DNA of 64,000 bases from a virus. The stretch spans positions 1 through 64,000 of IMG/VR virus record IMGVR_UViG_3300042502_001136, one strand, 5' to 3'. A program made the position numbers and the translations under genes. This document shows, piece after piece, positions 29,791-40,773 of this stretch; within the stretch, counting starts at the first letter, position 1; every line of letters begins with the position of its first letter. The notes under the pieces were generated by a model. The model made no database searches and had not been told where the DNA came from. It worked only from the letters and a program-made list of their open reading frames with translations.

Positions 29791-31302
29791 TTAGATGTTA
29801 CAATATAAAGAGAAACAATGAGTATTTCTACGGATAGCTACTCCACAAGTTTTAAGGTAGTGAATAGCAGTTTTATCTTGTGATGTAGATAATTGAATAT
29901 CCATTACATTTCCTTTGTAAGAACCATAATCAACACCACTTAATAAAGTCATACCTTGTTCAATACCTCTAATTAAAGAACGACCTTTTTGAGTAACAAG
30001 TTTAACATTGTTTTCTCCATCATATGTAGACATATCTACAAAGTGCATTTCGTGAGAAGTCATAGGTTTACCTGAAATAGGGTGTCTAGGAGCATTTTCA
30101 GCAGTACCACCAAAATCTAAATAAGGAAGGTGTACTACATTAATAACATGACCATCAACGTGTCTAAATCCAGTAAAGAATGCACCATATACTAGATTAC
30201 GTGGTCCACCTGTAATAGTACTATTTAATGCACCATCATATGCAGACCAACCACTCATTTCATTCATAATAGCACTAGAAAAATCTTCTTTACCACCCAT
30301 ACCGGTAAATAAAGTAATATTCATGTTTTCAGTATCAGTAGCACCATAAGTTACTTCAGATACAACATTTTTAATTTTTCTAGCAGTAAGAATACCAAAA
30401 GTATCTCTATTAGGAATTTGTTCTTTAATACCTGCACCAAAAGGAATAGGAAGTTGAGTATCAGGGTCTATATTCATAATAGTTCCATTCTCATCTCTAT
30501 TGTATTTAGATTCCCATAAAGATTCTTCTACAGCTTCCTTAAACTGCATCTCATGTTGCCACTCCTCAAATGGTAAGTAGTAATTAGACATACCTCCTGC
30601 ACCTTTAGGGAAATGAAAAGTCATCATACGTTGACTAACATTACCACCTACTTCATAAGATTTTCTAAGAATACCAATTTGATTCTTAAGTTTTCCGGGA
30701 AATTGTTTATTACTTTCATTACCAACAGAATAACTTTCAGAAACGTTAGCTCCGGCAGACATTGCCCACATTGTATTTGGTGCTAATTCAGAAAGACTAA
30801 CAAAAGCAGTATTACTTGTTCTGATAATATCTAATTGATAACGGTATCCATTAGCTACTTTTTCAGGTTTAGACATAATACGACATTGTGTACCATTAGG
30901 AGAAGTAACATTATGTTGATACTTTAACCATCTTGTTTTAAAAGTAACAATAACAGCTGTTCCACCAAGACCCGGTTTATCACCAGTAACATATTCAGTA
31001 GAAGCAACAGCATCTGTACGTCTTAATCTACCAAATACCGGCCAATCATATTCAACATCTTGTATTTCTACATATTTAGTTCCACCTTTTTGTCCTTCTG
31101 TAAGGAACAACAATGGGAACTTCTTACTCTCTTTACCCATTAAATGTGTAATAACAGGATTAAGAGTATCAGGGTTTGTCATACGGGCTTTAGTTAAGGA
31201 TAAGTTATTTGTATAACCTTCATCTCCAAAACTTTCGTGTTGCACAACTCTATAAGTTTGATTACCTTGAAGTGCAAATGTACTATTAGGGGTACTAATC
31301 AT
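29791..31302 (-). CDS. major capsid protein
   Basis: 503 aa; FPLLFLTEG, NQIGILRKS, GAGIKEQI, LFTGMGG, HVDGH motifs; portal-scaffold-MCP order. Confidence 0.9.
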   Translation of the reverse strand: MISTPNSTFALQGNQTYRVVQHESFGDEGYTNNLSLTKARMTNPDTLNPVITHLMGKESKKFPLLFLTEGQKGGTKYVEIQDVEYDWPVFGRLRRTDAVASTEYVTGDKPGLGGTAVIVTFKTRWLKYQHNVTSPNGTQCRIMSKPEKVANGYRYQLDIIRTSNTAFVSLSELAPNTMWAMSAGANVSESYSVGNESNKQFPGKLKNQIGILRKSYEVGGNVSQRMMTFHFPKGAGGMSNYYLPFEEWQHEMQFKEAVEESLWESKYNRDENGTIMNIDPDTQLPIPFGAGIKEQIPNRDTFGILTARKIKNVVSEVTYGATDTENMNITLFTGMGGKEDFSSAIMNEMSGWSAYDGALNSTITGGPRNLVYGAFFTGFRHVDGHVINVVHLPYLDFGGTAENAPRHPISGKPMTSHEMHFVDMSTYDGENNVKLVTQKGRSLIRGIEQGMTLLSGVDYGSYKGNVMDIQLSTSQDKTAIHYLKTCGVAIRRNTHCFSLYCNI

Positions 31303-31348
31303 AATAATAATAATTTAAATGTTTTTAATTAATTAAAAAGTAAGTATA

Positions 31349-32656
31349 TTAGCCTAAGAGTCTTTCTAGTGATAAATTATCATCAGCTTGTTGTGCAGTT
31401 CTTGGTACACCAGTATCTGTTATAACTTTAGCTTTTTGTTGTTTTAATCTATCTTTAAGACTTGAGACTTTTTGTTCTTTAGCAATAACTTCTGCAAGTT
31501 TGCTAATATCGTATTTTTTAAAACGTAAAAAAGAAACCATTAATTGGAAGTTAATATCTTCTTTGGCTTCATCTAACATTTCAGCACTATTTCCTTCTGC
31601 ATCTACCGGTTTAGATAGGTAAGTAAGAAAAGCATCTTTATCTTTAATAGGAATATTAATATTTCCTAATTTTCCTTCTTTTACAGTTTCAGAAACTTTA
31701 TTCCAATATTGTTCTACTTGTTGTCTTTCAAGAGCAACCTGTTGTTTAATTTGATTATCTCTTTCAGCAATATCTTGATGTTGTTTTTGGTTTAAATAGG
31801 CAACAGCAGTAGCTAATTCAGCATCTACAATTTCTTGTCCACCTTTTTTAAGTCCTTCTATAATATTAGTAGGATTTGCAATACCTTGTTTTTTATAGTA
31901 ACGAGATAATAAATCTTCTTTAGAATTATTATCAAGAGCAGTTAGATTAATTTTCTTATAATCAACTATATCTTGAACAAATGTAGAAGGGTCATCACCT
32001 AATAACAAGTGTTGATAGAATTGTTTCATTCTATAATCACTGTCTAAAAATTCTTTAATACTATTAGCTTTACCGAGTTTAACAGCTTCTTCTACTACGG
32101 TAATCATTCCTTCTATTGTATCATCTACTTGTAGATGAGATAAATCAAGACCGAATTGAGTATTTAAAGCATTTTTAGTTTCTTCTACTAAAGGTAAATC
32201 TACTTGAGCAGGTGTAACTACTTCTCCTTTTGCATTAACTAAATCTCCTTTATCATTTAAAGGAAGATTATCATTTTCAATATATTCTTTTAATTGAGCA
32301 GCAGTAAAGATAATTTCATTCTTATCATTTAATAAATTACCACTTTTATCAATATTACTAGCTTTAAATACATCAAGTATTCCAGCTTTAAGTTCTTTTT
32401 CTTCTGCAGATAAAGCTTCATCAGCTTTAATTAAAGAAGGTAAAGTACTTTCAAAAGATTCTACTGCCGGTTCCCCACTAGAAGAAGGTGTTTGTGTTGT
32501 TGGTACAACAGGTACAACAGGTGCTTCAGGAGCAGGTGTTTGTGCAGCGGGTTGTGCAGGTGGAGTAACTTGTTGTACTCCATCAATAATATTGTCAAGG
32601 GTTACTAATGGTTCATCTACAGCAGGTGCTGTATTACCTTGTGCTTGTCCTTCCAT
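31349..32656 (-). CDS. scaffold-like protein
   Basis: 435 aa; acidic, Pro-rich N-terminus, helical; lies between portal and MCP. Confidence 0.65.
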   Translation of the reverse strand: MEGQAQGNTAPAVDEPLVTLDNIIDGVQQVTPPAQPAAQTPAPEAPVVPVVPTTQTPSSSGEPAVESFESTLPSLIKADEALSAEEKELKAGILDVFKASNIDKSGNLLNDKNEIIFTAAQLKEYIENDNLPLNDKGDLVNAKGEVVTPAQVDLPLVEETKNALNTQFGLDLSHLQVDDTIEGMITVVEEAVKLGKANSIKEFLDSDYRMKQFYQHLLLGDDPSTFVQDIVDYKKINLTALDNNSKEDLLSRYYKKQGIANPTNIIEGLKKGGQEIVDAELATAVAYLNQKQHQDIAERDNQIKQQVALERQQVEQYWNKVSETVKEGKLGNINIPIKDKDAFLTYLSKPVDAEGNSAEMLDEAKEDINFQLMVSFLRFKKYDISKLAEVIAKEQKVSSLKDRLKQQKAKVITDTGVPRTAQQADDNLSLERLLG

Positions 32657-32667
32657 CTTAATAATGT

Positions 32668-34980
32668 TTAATTAGTTTTTGCTTTTTTATTATTTTTATC
32701 GATATTAAGTTTTTTATCTTTCAATTCTAAATCTTTATTCTCTTTTTGTATTTTATGGTCAGCTAATCTACGTTCAACTTCATTACTAGGTCTTTCTTCA
32801 TTTCTACTGTTAGCTTCAGAACGAATACTAGCACTATCAACTGCTTTAGCGTATTCACTATCAATTTTATAATATTCTATTTCTCTATTTTGTGCATCAT
32901 TAGCAGCAATAGAATCTTGTAATGCTTGTTGAGCATCTTCTGCTTGTTTTTGCATTAACATAGCTTGGTCGTTTTTCAACTTTTCCATCTTCTCTAAAAC
33001 CTTATCTAATTTGGCTACATTATTAGTACTATATAGTCCACTTAAACTTTGATAAGGAGCATTATTTTGAATAAGATTTAAAGCTTGTCCTCTAATAGCA
33101 GTAACAGCTTCAGTATTTAATGCGGCATCTTTAACAAAAATACCAAAACTACTTTCACTTCTACTTGCTGCTTCATCAGCATTAATATTAAGAAAAGCAA
33201 GAGAACCATCAGTTCTAATATATCTTTTCTTTTTACCATTAATCCATGCTACTTTACTATAATCTAATAAACCTGCATAATCTTTTTCAATTAATTTATC
33301 AAATTGTCTTGTAAGTTCAGCAGTAATAATAGCACTACGAACAATAGCTTGTTCTGTAACAGCTTTACCTGCATTTTGTCCAACATCAGAATAACGTTGA
33401 GCGTTCATTCCAATCTCTTCCCAATACTCTGATTTAATGAACTTCATTACCTCAACAGTATTACTAATATAATTACCTAAACCCATATCAACGGATTTAA
33501 TCATTTGAGCAGCAAAAGATGCATTAGGAGCAGTTTCATCTACCCATAATATAGAAGTAGCATCAGCATGATACATAGTACTTTTAGTATTCATACCTGC
33601 TTTTTTATTAATTAAACCATATGGCATAATTAATAGTTTATCTTTATTTTTATTAATAAGTTTTTCAGTTTGATAATGTAATACATTAACTAATACTTGA
33701 TAAGGTAAACCTTGTTTAATAATAGATTGTAATTCACCAGTAAAACTTCTTTCTATAATACCATTATAAGAAAGTTTTTGTTCTCCATTACTATTTAAAT
33801 CAGCTCTATTAACTTCAAGAGGTCCGCAATCAAGATAAAATCCTAGAGCTCTATAACCTTGCATTATTTGAGATTCATAATCCCATATAATATTAATATC
33901 TCCTTGTGCTTTATTAAGTTTATAAGTTTCATCTACTTCCATTTCTCTTTCTTGTCCAATTTCATCAATGTAAGTAAGAACACCAAATTTTCTCCAAGTT
34001 CTATATTGAACATGAAACACTTCAATACCACTAGAATTAGTTAAACCAAAAGCATCAGTATAATTAGCAGAAGCATAGTTAGCAGGTAATGTGATAATAC
34101 CATTTCTTCCTGTAGCTTGAACATCAACAAAGTTCATTTCAAAACCTTTATTTATTCCTTGTTCTAAAGCTTCCATAAGTTCTTCTCCTACTCTACCTCT
34201 AAAAAAATCAACTACTTTAAATACAGGAACTATGTTACGTCTAACAGCAAAACTATAATCTTCAATAAATCTACTATGTTTTTCATTAGGAACAAATAAT
34301 TCATGTGCAGGAACAGCTTCCCACATAACATCATCATGATTAACAGCTTTATATGTAAAAGCTCTACCGGTTACAACCCAATCCCAATATAAATCAATAT
34401 ATTTATTATCAAGGTCACAATTCCATCTAATATAATCAATTGCATCTTGTCCACTAATAACTCTAGTAGTAGTATACTTTTCTTTAAATCCTGCAACATA
34501 TTCTTCTAGTGGGGGAAGTTCTTGTACTTGTTGTCCAACTTTCATACCAAGTTGAGCTAATTCATTAGCAATATGCTGAGCATAATAACCTCTAACTAAA
34601 ACAGCTAAACCTTCTTTATAACTATATTCTGCATCAGGATTAAAATCAAATACTACAAATTCATGACTTCTTCTACCAAATTCTCCCATAAGAAGATTAG
34701 CAATACCTTTAAGTATATTATAGTTACGAAGTTTAGCACCATAAGTAGGAATTTCTCCACCTTTACCTTCTATATTAAAAGGGTTTTGAACATATTTATA
34801 TTCATTAGGATGAATAATACCTTCAACAGCAGCATAAAGATTTGCTATCTCGGTGGTTTGATTTGCCCATGTACATTGACTAATATAATAATCAATAGTT
34901 TCTTCTATATTATTTTTACCAGATTTTTCATCTCTAGCTATCTTTTCAGCATAAGATAATTTTTGTGGTGGATATATCAT
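32668..34980 (-). CDS. portal protein
   Basis: likely start ATG 34980 (MIYPPQKLS; the track start overlaps terminase); LRNYNILKGIANLLMGE; C-terminal coiled coil. Confidence 0.88.
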   Translation of the reverse strand: MIYPPQKLSYAEKIARDEKSGKNNIEETIDYYISQCTWANQTTEIANLYAAVEGIIHPNEYKYVQNPFNIEGKGGEIPTYGAKLRNYNILKGIANLLMGEFGRRSHEFVVFDFNPDAEYSYKEGLAVLVRGYYAQHIANELAQLGMKVGQQVQELPPLEEYVAGFKEKYTTTRVISGQDAIDYIRWNCDLDNKYIDLYWDWVVTGRAFTYKAVNHDDVMWEAVPAHELFVPNEKHSRFIEDYSFAVRRNIVPVFKVVDFFRGRVGEELMEALEQGINKGFEMNFVDVQATGRNGIITLPANYASANYTDAFGLTNSSGIEVFHVQYRTWRKFGVLTYIDEIGQEREMEVDETYKLNKAQGDINIIWDYESQIMQGYRALGFYLDCGPLEVNRADLNSNGEQKLSYNGIIERSFTGELQSIIKQGLPYQVLVNVLHYQTEKLINKNKDKLLIMPYGLINKKAGMNTKSTMYHADATSILWVDETAPNASFAAQMIKSVDMGLGNYISNTVEVMKFIKSEYWEEIGMNAQRYSDVGQNAGKAVTEQAIVRSAIITAELTRQFDKLIEKDYAGLLDYSKVAWINGKKKRYIRTDGSLAFLNINADEAASRSESSFGIFVKDAALNTEAVTAIRGQALNLIQNNAPYQSLSGLYSTNNVAKLDKVLEKMEKLKNDQAMLMQKQAEDAQQALQDSIAANDAQNREIEYYKIDSEYAKAVDSASIRSEANSRNEERPSNEVERRLADHKIQKENKDLELKDKKLNIDKNNKKAKTN

Positions 34981-34984
34981 ATTA

Positions 34985-37267
34985 TTATGTATTAAAAGGG
35001 TCATTAAAATAAGATTCTTCTTCTCTATCAATAACAGCAGTACTAGGAGCAACTTGTTTAAATACTGTTTCTTTAATATCAAACATACCTACAATAGCAC
35101 AAGATATTCTATCAAAATTACCTTTACCATTAAATTTAAGTAGTTCCCTTAGTAGTCCTATATCAAAAACATAATGCAAATTTAATAAAGTATTCCCATT
35201 ACTGTCAATACCTCTTTTTGTTAGTAACCAATCTTTAAAGTATATAACACCGTTGGCTTTTCTCTGTGGATTTGTACCAATAGAAACTCCTCTTTTTCTA
35301 CCTTTACCTCCAGCAGTTATATCTTTTTGAAATTGAAAAGTTGTTTCTTCTTTAAGAAGGTCTAATAATCCTTTACTTAATGCATTATTATATACATCTC
35401 CCCTATCATTTTCATAAAGTATTTTAGCATTAAAGTATATAGCAGCTTGAAACATTTGATTATCATAATCTTTAGTTTCTTCTGTTCTACCATGATACCA
35501 TCCTATAATTCTATCTCCTTTAGAATGTGTAAAGTTATTAGCGTGTTCATATATATAACAAGAACCAAGAGAGTCTGTTAATTTAAATTCACCTTTATCT
35601 TTAGAAATACCAAAAGGGTCATTCCAAATACTATATAAGTTATCAGGAATACTACCACTAGCATCACGATATGGCTGTTCTACTAATACAAAACAACCTG
35701 TTAAATCTTTATCTTCGTCTCTAAGAGGATAATTATTTAATTCAGGTTTAATAAATTGTTTTTGAAATGAATCAGCAGTAGCTTCATCAATAAATTTAAT
35801 ATTTCCTTTATCTCCTTGTACAAAATATCCTTTTCTACCAATACCTTGTAAACTAGGTTCATGTAAACATCTTCTTAATTGTTCATTAATTTCTTTAGAA
35901 GGATAAATGTTATTAGCAGAACGACTAAATGCTTCAGAAGGTTTTCTAGGTTCTTCCATTTCATGAGCATTAAGTTTAGAAGGATTATGTTTAACAAGAG
36001 ATTTTTCATAATCATCAAAAGCAAGACTACCTTGAATATCACTATTACCGTGTTTATCAATAAGTCCCGGCTTATTCATAAAACTACCATGAAAATAACC
36101 ACAACTAGTACCTTGCATATCTTCATCCCATACATTTTCAAAAGACATAAAATGTCTAGCAAAAGTTTCATAAAATAAATCTTCAAATCCTTGCCATTGA
36201 TTATCTTCTCCACCACCAGTACCAAACACAATCATAAGACCTGTAATAAAAGCACCATCAGAAAGTGTTTTAAGTGTAGCATCTAATACAGCAGAAAGAT
36301 TAGGACATTTTCCTGATTCTTCTAAAAGAAGTAAATCGGCATCTTTACCTCTCATTCCACCTGGATTAGTTTTTAATACAGCAGTATATATATTAGAAAG
36401 AAAACCTCTTGCTACATCACTACCTCTAAACTTATATCCAATTTCAATATGTTCAAGGGTGTTATGAAGTCTACCTTTATTCCAATCAGTATGTTTACAA
36501 ATAAAGTTAAGATAATTCATAACTTTATTCATAGTACCATCATCAAATAAAGAACCTGCATCATAAGCACCAACAACAGATGTACTACGTCTATATAAAT
36601 TTGCTCTATTTGCTACTAACCAACCATTTTTATAACTATATCCTTTTCTACGTGCTTTACCTACTACAAGATGTTTACCAATTTGTCTACATAATTCAAT
36701 AGCTTTAAAGAAGTAATAATCACCATCCCAAAAAGCAGGAAGACTAAATGTTTTTGTATGTCCACCTTTATGAGTACTATTAATAAGTTCACCACTTGGA
36801 CCAACTAATGCACCTTTTTTAATTTCAAATTCTTTAGAACGTTTAATTTCTGCATAGTTAAGATATCCGTAATGTTCTCCTGTAATATGAACATTCTGCA
36901 TAGCATAACTACCGTCAGCAGATTTAATTAATTTTCCGGGAAGAGTCATACCTTCAATACATCTCTTTTCTTCTCTATCCCAAAAAGCATTATATTCTCT
37001 ACTATCGAATTTAGGGTGAGCTTTAGTATACTTTCCTGTTTTAATAAATTCTTGTCCTACTTTACTAAATTCTGCTGTATTAACAAAAGCAATATCTTCT
37101 GCTGTAAACATAGTAAGTTTACTATCATCATTAGCAAGAGTGTGTAAAGGAACTTCTTTATAAGGAGTAGTATATAAACCAGATTTAGGGTCAAGTGTTA
37201 ATCTTTGAATAACACTATCTCCTAAATTATTTACAACATCAAAAGCAGTAGAATTAATCGTTCTCAT
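34985..37267 (-). CDS. terL: terminase large subunit
   Basis: GKARRKGYSY Walker A, LLLLEESG Walker B, GTGG coupling motif, C-terminal nuclease DP...GNFDR. Confidence 0.93.
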   Translation of the reverse strand: MRTINSTAFDVVNNLGDSVIQRLTLDPKSGLYTTPYKEVPLHTLANDDSKLTMFTAEDIAFVNTAEFSKVGQEFIKTGKYTKAHPKFDSREYNAFWDREEKRCIEGMTLPGKLIKSADGSYAMQNVHITGEHYGYLNYAEIKRSKEFEIKKGALVGPSGELINSTHKGGHTKTFSLPAFWDGDYYFFKAIELCRQIGKHLVVGKARRKGYSYKNGWLVANRANLYRRSTSVVGAYDAGSLFDDGTMNKVMNYLNFICKHTDWNKGRLHNTLEHIEIGYKFRGSDVARGFLSNIYTAVLKTNPGGMRGKDADLLLLEESGKCPNLSAVLDATLKTLSDGAFITGLMIVFGTGGGEDNQWQGFEDLFYETFARHFMSFENVWDEDMQGTSCGYFHGSFMNKPGLIDKHGNSDIQGSLAFDDYEKSLVKHNPSKLNAHEMEEPRKPSEAFSRSANNIYPSKEINEQLRRCLHEPSLQGIGRKGYFVQGDKGNIKFIDEATADSFQKQFIKPELNNYPLRDEDKDLTGCFVLVEQPYRDASGSIPDNLYSIWNDPFGISKDKGEFKLTDSLGSCYIYEHANNFTHSKGDRIIGWYHGRTEETKDYDNQMFQAAIYFNAKILYENDRGDVYNNALSKGLLDLLKEETTFQFQKDITAGGKGRKRGVSIGTNPQRKANGVIYFKDWLLTKRGIDSNGNTLLNLHYVFDIGLLRELLKFNGKGNFDRISCAIVGMFDIKETVFKQVAPSTAVIDREEESYFNDPFNT

Positions 37268-37270
37268 ATC

Positions 37271-37726
37271 TTATAAATCTGTTATATCAAAATAGTTAAC
37301 AATAGCTACTTCTTCAGCAGCTTTTCTATCGTCATAAGAACTTCCAATAAAACAAGAATTTTTAATATCTAATTCATAGTCACAAGCTAATTCAAATATA
37401 AGTCCAGGATTAGGTAAAGCTCTATATGATGCTGCTTCAAAACAATAACTATAAGATATAGAGTTTTTTCTCAATTTTAATGCTTTTTCAACATTAGTAA
37501 TAACATCTTCTAATTTTTTTAGAAATGCTTTAGGTGTAGTAAGTCCATAGGTAACTTGAAATTGATTACATATAATACAAATTTTATAATCTTTATTATA
37601 ATAATCTTTAATAACATTTAATATATTATCTTTAAATTTCCAATCTTCACTATGAACAGAATAAGACTTTCCACTTAATGTAGTTATAAGTGTATTGTCT
37701 AATGTTATGAATACTGCTTTTTTCAT
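37271..37726 (-). CDS. HAD-family polynucleotide 3'-phosphatase-like protein with degenerate active site
   Basis: FITLDNTLITTLSG...EDW...CNQ...LPNPG...FIGSS. Confidence 0.75.
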   Translation of the reverse strand: MKKAVFITLDNTLITTLSGKSYSVHSEDWKFKDNILNVIKDYYNKDYKICIICNQFQVTYGLTTPKAFLKKLEDVITNVEKALKLRKNSISYSYCFEAASYRALPNPGLIFELACDYELDIKNSCFIGSSYDDRKAAEEVAIVNYFDITDL

Positions 37727-37750
37727 ATATATAAAATTAAAAAACAACCT

Positions 37751-38683
37751 CTACTTTAGTAAAGATTGTTTATGATGATTTAACATTATCTGTACCTCAT
37801 TTTTTAAATAAGGCATTTTTAGTAGTCTAGGAGCATTACCAACAGGAAAGTGAATTATCTCTAATCCATTCTCAATAAAATTATATCCCCACTGTTCTAA
37901 TATAAAAGCATAAGTACTTAATTGTAAAGCCATAATATTAAATTTACTAGCTTCAATCATATCAAGAGGGTATTTAAATGTTTCTCCAGTTGCTATAAAT
38001 AAATCACTTTTAATCCATTTACCACCAACATTAATTTTTTTATAATAACCTGCTTGTTGTTTTATAGTATCTTTATTAGTCTTCCAATCTAATATACAAA
38101 AGTGTTTATCTTTAACAACAGGACAATCTATCATACCAGCAATACCATATTCTCTAAGAAATACTTTTTTCTCAGCAAATATAGAAAAACCTCTATCAAG
38201 ATAAGCACTAAGTCTAGTATGAACTTCAGGATATTTTTCTGCTATAGGAGTACCATCTAATTCGTGCTTTAACGTTATTATCTTTTCCCCTCTAGGTGTG
38301 ATGTTTGTGTTGGTCGTGGCAAAGTAATCTCCTTTACTTTGATTAATACTAAGCTCTAATTCATTGTGGGTAGCATTTCCTCTTTCACAAGCTTCAAAAT
38401 TAAGTCCTTTCCATTTAGCTACAACTTCATCATACCAATTCTTAAATCTTGTATCTAACATTAAATTCTTTAAAGGATATAAAACATTATTAACATAAAT
38501 ACTTCTAGTTTCAGGTTGAGGTTTAACTTTATAGTTATGGTCTTTTAAACAAGTATACATAGCCCAAAATTCATTATCAAATTGATTAGTATATTTACCT
38601 ATTAAAGTAGTAACAGATGTATAAACTGTACCTTGTTCATCGTAATACTTATGTTCTGCTTCATTAAATAATATAGTATCCAT
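37751..38683 (-). CDS. PD-(D/E)XK exonuclease-like protein
   Basis: FNEAEHKY, SVTTLI, RGNATH, IAGMID...ILDWKT, LQLSTY. Confidence 0.85.
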   Translation of the reverse strand: MDTILFNEAEHKYYDEQGTVYTSVTTLIGKYTNQFDNEFWAMYTCLKDHNYKVKPQPETRSIYVNNVLYPLKNLMLDTRFKNWYDEVVAKWKGLNFEACERGNATHNELELSINQSKGDYFATTNTNITPRGEKIITLKHELDGTPIAEKYPEVHTRLSAYLDRGFSIFAEKKVFLREYGIAGMIDCPVVKDKHFCILDWKTNKDTIKQQAGYYKKINVGGKWIKSDLFIATGETFKYPLDMIEASKFNIMALQLSTYAFILEQWGYNFIENGLEIIHFPVGNAPRLLKMPYLKNEVQIMLNHHKQSLLK

Positions 38684-38685
38684 GA

Positions 38686-39066
38686 TTATCTTCTGTTATT
38701 AGAGTTAGCACTACTACTATCATTATCTAAATTTTGAGAAGATATAAAAGAACGTTGTACCTCTACTATATAATCTTCTAAACTTTTACTATAAGAAATA
38801 CATTCTGTTACATGACTAAAATCTACTATTCTCATTTTATTAAATGTATCAAGTAAATCAATAAATTTAACAGCAGTATTAATATTACTAGAAGGTATAT
38901 CTCCCATACTATTATTTTCTATAATAGCATATCCTGTTTCTTCTTGTTCTGTAATAGTTTTAATAGTACTAAAGTTAATAGGAGTTATACTAACTTTAAT
39001 TTCACCTTCAAACTTATTAGTTATCGGGTTAATTATTTGTATTGGTAATAATAATATTGGTATCAT
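38686..39066 (-). CDS. hypothetical protein
   Basis: 126 aa ORF tightly packed in the operon. Confidence 0.65.
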   Translation of the reverse strand: MIPILLLPIQIINPITNKFEGEIKVSITPINFSTIKTITEQEETGYAIIENNSMGDIPSSNINTAVKFIDLLDTFNKMRIVDFSHVTECISYSKSLEDYIVEVQRSFISSQNLDNDSSSANSNNRR

Positions 39067-39082
39067 AATTATAATTTTATTA

Positions 39083-39766
39083 TTAATCTTCTCTATTTCC
39101 TACTTCACGTCCACCTACTGCTAATTTTAATTCTCCTCCTGCTTCTGCATATGCTGCGGCTAAATCATTTTTAACTTTAGTCATAGCAGGAAGTTCTTTA
39201 ATAATTTTACTAGCATCAAGTTGTAGTTTTTGTATTTGTGAATACAATGCAATAGCTTTATCAATATTAACTAATTTTTCAGTTTCACTAAAAACATTAG
39301 TACCTTCTGCTGTAAGTTGTTTCATTGTTTCTTTACACATACGTTTCAATTCACTTATATCATTTTGCATATCATGTATATCTTCAGCAGTATTATAAAG
39401 ATTCTTTTCTGCAGCAAGATAAGCATTAGCAGTAGAATCTAATTTAAGATGTATCTCATAATATAATAAAGCATTAACAACAGCTTCATCAGGAATCCAA
39501 TTTTGTGGTAGGGTTGCGTGTATCTTAGCTTTACGTCTTTTTTCAGTAAGAGAAAGATTGTAATATACACTTCTAGGGTCTGCTATAAGATATATGTATA
39601 ATAACTCACGCTTAGCCATTGACTTCTTTCTACCATCAGCGTCACCAACAGAACCTTTATCCTTTTCTAATATTACTTTAAAAGCAGGATGTTCTCTAAC
39701 TTCAGGTTTATTTATTTCAATAAGCCCTTGTTCATTAAGTATAAATATTGAATTATTTTGACTCAT
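39083..39766 (-). CDS. conserved crAss-like helical protein (terminase small subunit candidate)
   Basis: likely start MSQNN at 39766; ELLYIY...DPRS...WIPD; C-terminal GG; upstream of terminase. Confidence 0.5.
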   Translation of the reverse strand: MSQNNSIFILNEQGLIEINKPEVREHPAFKVILEKDKGSVGDADGRKKSMAKRELLYIYLIADPRSVYYNLSLTEKRRKAKIHATLPQNWIPDEAVVNALLYYEIHLKLDSTANAYLAAEKNLYNTAEDIHDMQNDISELKRMCKETMKQLTAEGTNVFSETEKLVNIDKAIALYSQIQKLQLDASKIIKELPAMTKVKNDLAAAYAEAGGELKLAVGGREVGNRED

Positions 39767-40205
39767 TACTTCTGATTCTATGCATTGGTCTAAATTGTAG
39801 TTTATTATATGTAGAAGCATCAGGAGCTTCAAGTACTTGTTCAGCATCTAATCCAACAGGTTTATTAGTACTTTTTAATATAGCTTGTTTTTCTTTACCT
39901 TTTTGAATAATATATTCTTTTCGTAAAGCAACTTCATCTAGTTCAGGGTGAATTTGTTTTAGAGCAGTTAAATTTTTAACAAATTTAGTACCTTCTATTG
40001 CAACTTCTTTTCTTTTAACATTAACAAATTTACCAAAACCTGTAAAGAAAACATTAAAACCTTTAAGAACACCATATTTAAAACCTTCTACTTGAGCATT
40101 TAAAACATTTAATAGTTGTTCATCTGATAATTCTATATTATATTTCTCCATAACTATCTTTCTAGTTTCAGAGAATATACCTAATAAAGTATCATCTATT
40201 TTCAT
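39753..40205 (-). CDS. HU/IHF-like DNA-binding protein
   Basis: helical N-terminus, then GFNVFFTGFGKFVNVKRK. Confidence 0.55.
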   Translation of the reverse strand: MKIDDTLLGIFSETRKIVMEKYNIELSDEQLLNVLNAQVEGFKYGVLKGFNVFFTGFGKFVNVKRKEVAIEGTKFVKNLTALKQIHPELDEVALRKEYIIQKGKEKQAILKSTNKPVGLDAEQVLEAPDASTYNKLQFRPMHRIRSNESK

Positions 40206-40206
40206 A

Positions 40207-40773
40207 CTATTTATTATTACCTTTATCTGTTAATATAAGTGGTGGATTTTTTTCATCTATATAGGCTTTAACTTGGTCAACTACGCCTACTATTGGTTCT
40301 GCTCTATTATTAATAATAGCAGCTTCTCTTATAGCTTCTTCTACAGTAATATCTTCAGGAGTTACTACTGGTTTACTAATACTATTAATATAAATAGCAA
40401 AGCTAGTATTAATATAACTAGCAATACCATTAAGAAAGAAATCTTTATATGCTTGTAGTTCGCATTTTGTTGCATTTTCCCCAATAGAAGGAGGATAGTA
40501 GTTATTTACTAATTCAATTCGTTTACCAATAATACTTTCACTTTTATCAGTAAGTACTAATATAAAAGCATAATAATTAGTAATAGGTTTAACTCCATCA
40601 AGAGTAATAACTTTATCACCTTTAACAAATTCAATAGTATATGAATATTTACGTTTATTAGCATAAGCTTGATTAGTAAGAAAAGCTAATATAGATTTAG
40701 CTTGTAGACGATAATTAGTAAGTTCTTGAGGAACAACTTTATTACCTTTGTCAGTATTATTAGATTCTATCAT
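40207..40773 (-). CDS. hypothetical protein, first gene of the leftward block
   Basis: 188 aa ORF. Confidence 0.7.
   Translation of the reverse strand: MIESNNTDKGNKVVPQELTNYRLQAKSILAFLTNQAYANKRKYSYTIEFVKGDKVITLDGVKPITNYYAFILVLTDKSESIIGKRIELVNNYYPPSIGENATKCELQAYKDFFLNGIASYINTSFAIYINSISKPVVTPEDITVEEAIREAAIINNRAEPIVGVVDQVKAYIDEKNPPLILTDKGNNK

Noticed and set aside
34981-35082. N-terminal extension of the portal in the ORF track
   Set aside because: It overlaps the terminase end; ATG 34980 fits the operon spacing.
14897-40458. Short plus-strand ORFs in the structural block, and 35875..36060 (-)
   Set aside because: Shadows of well-supported genes, with no motifs.
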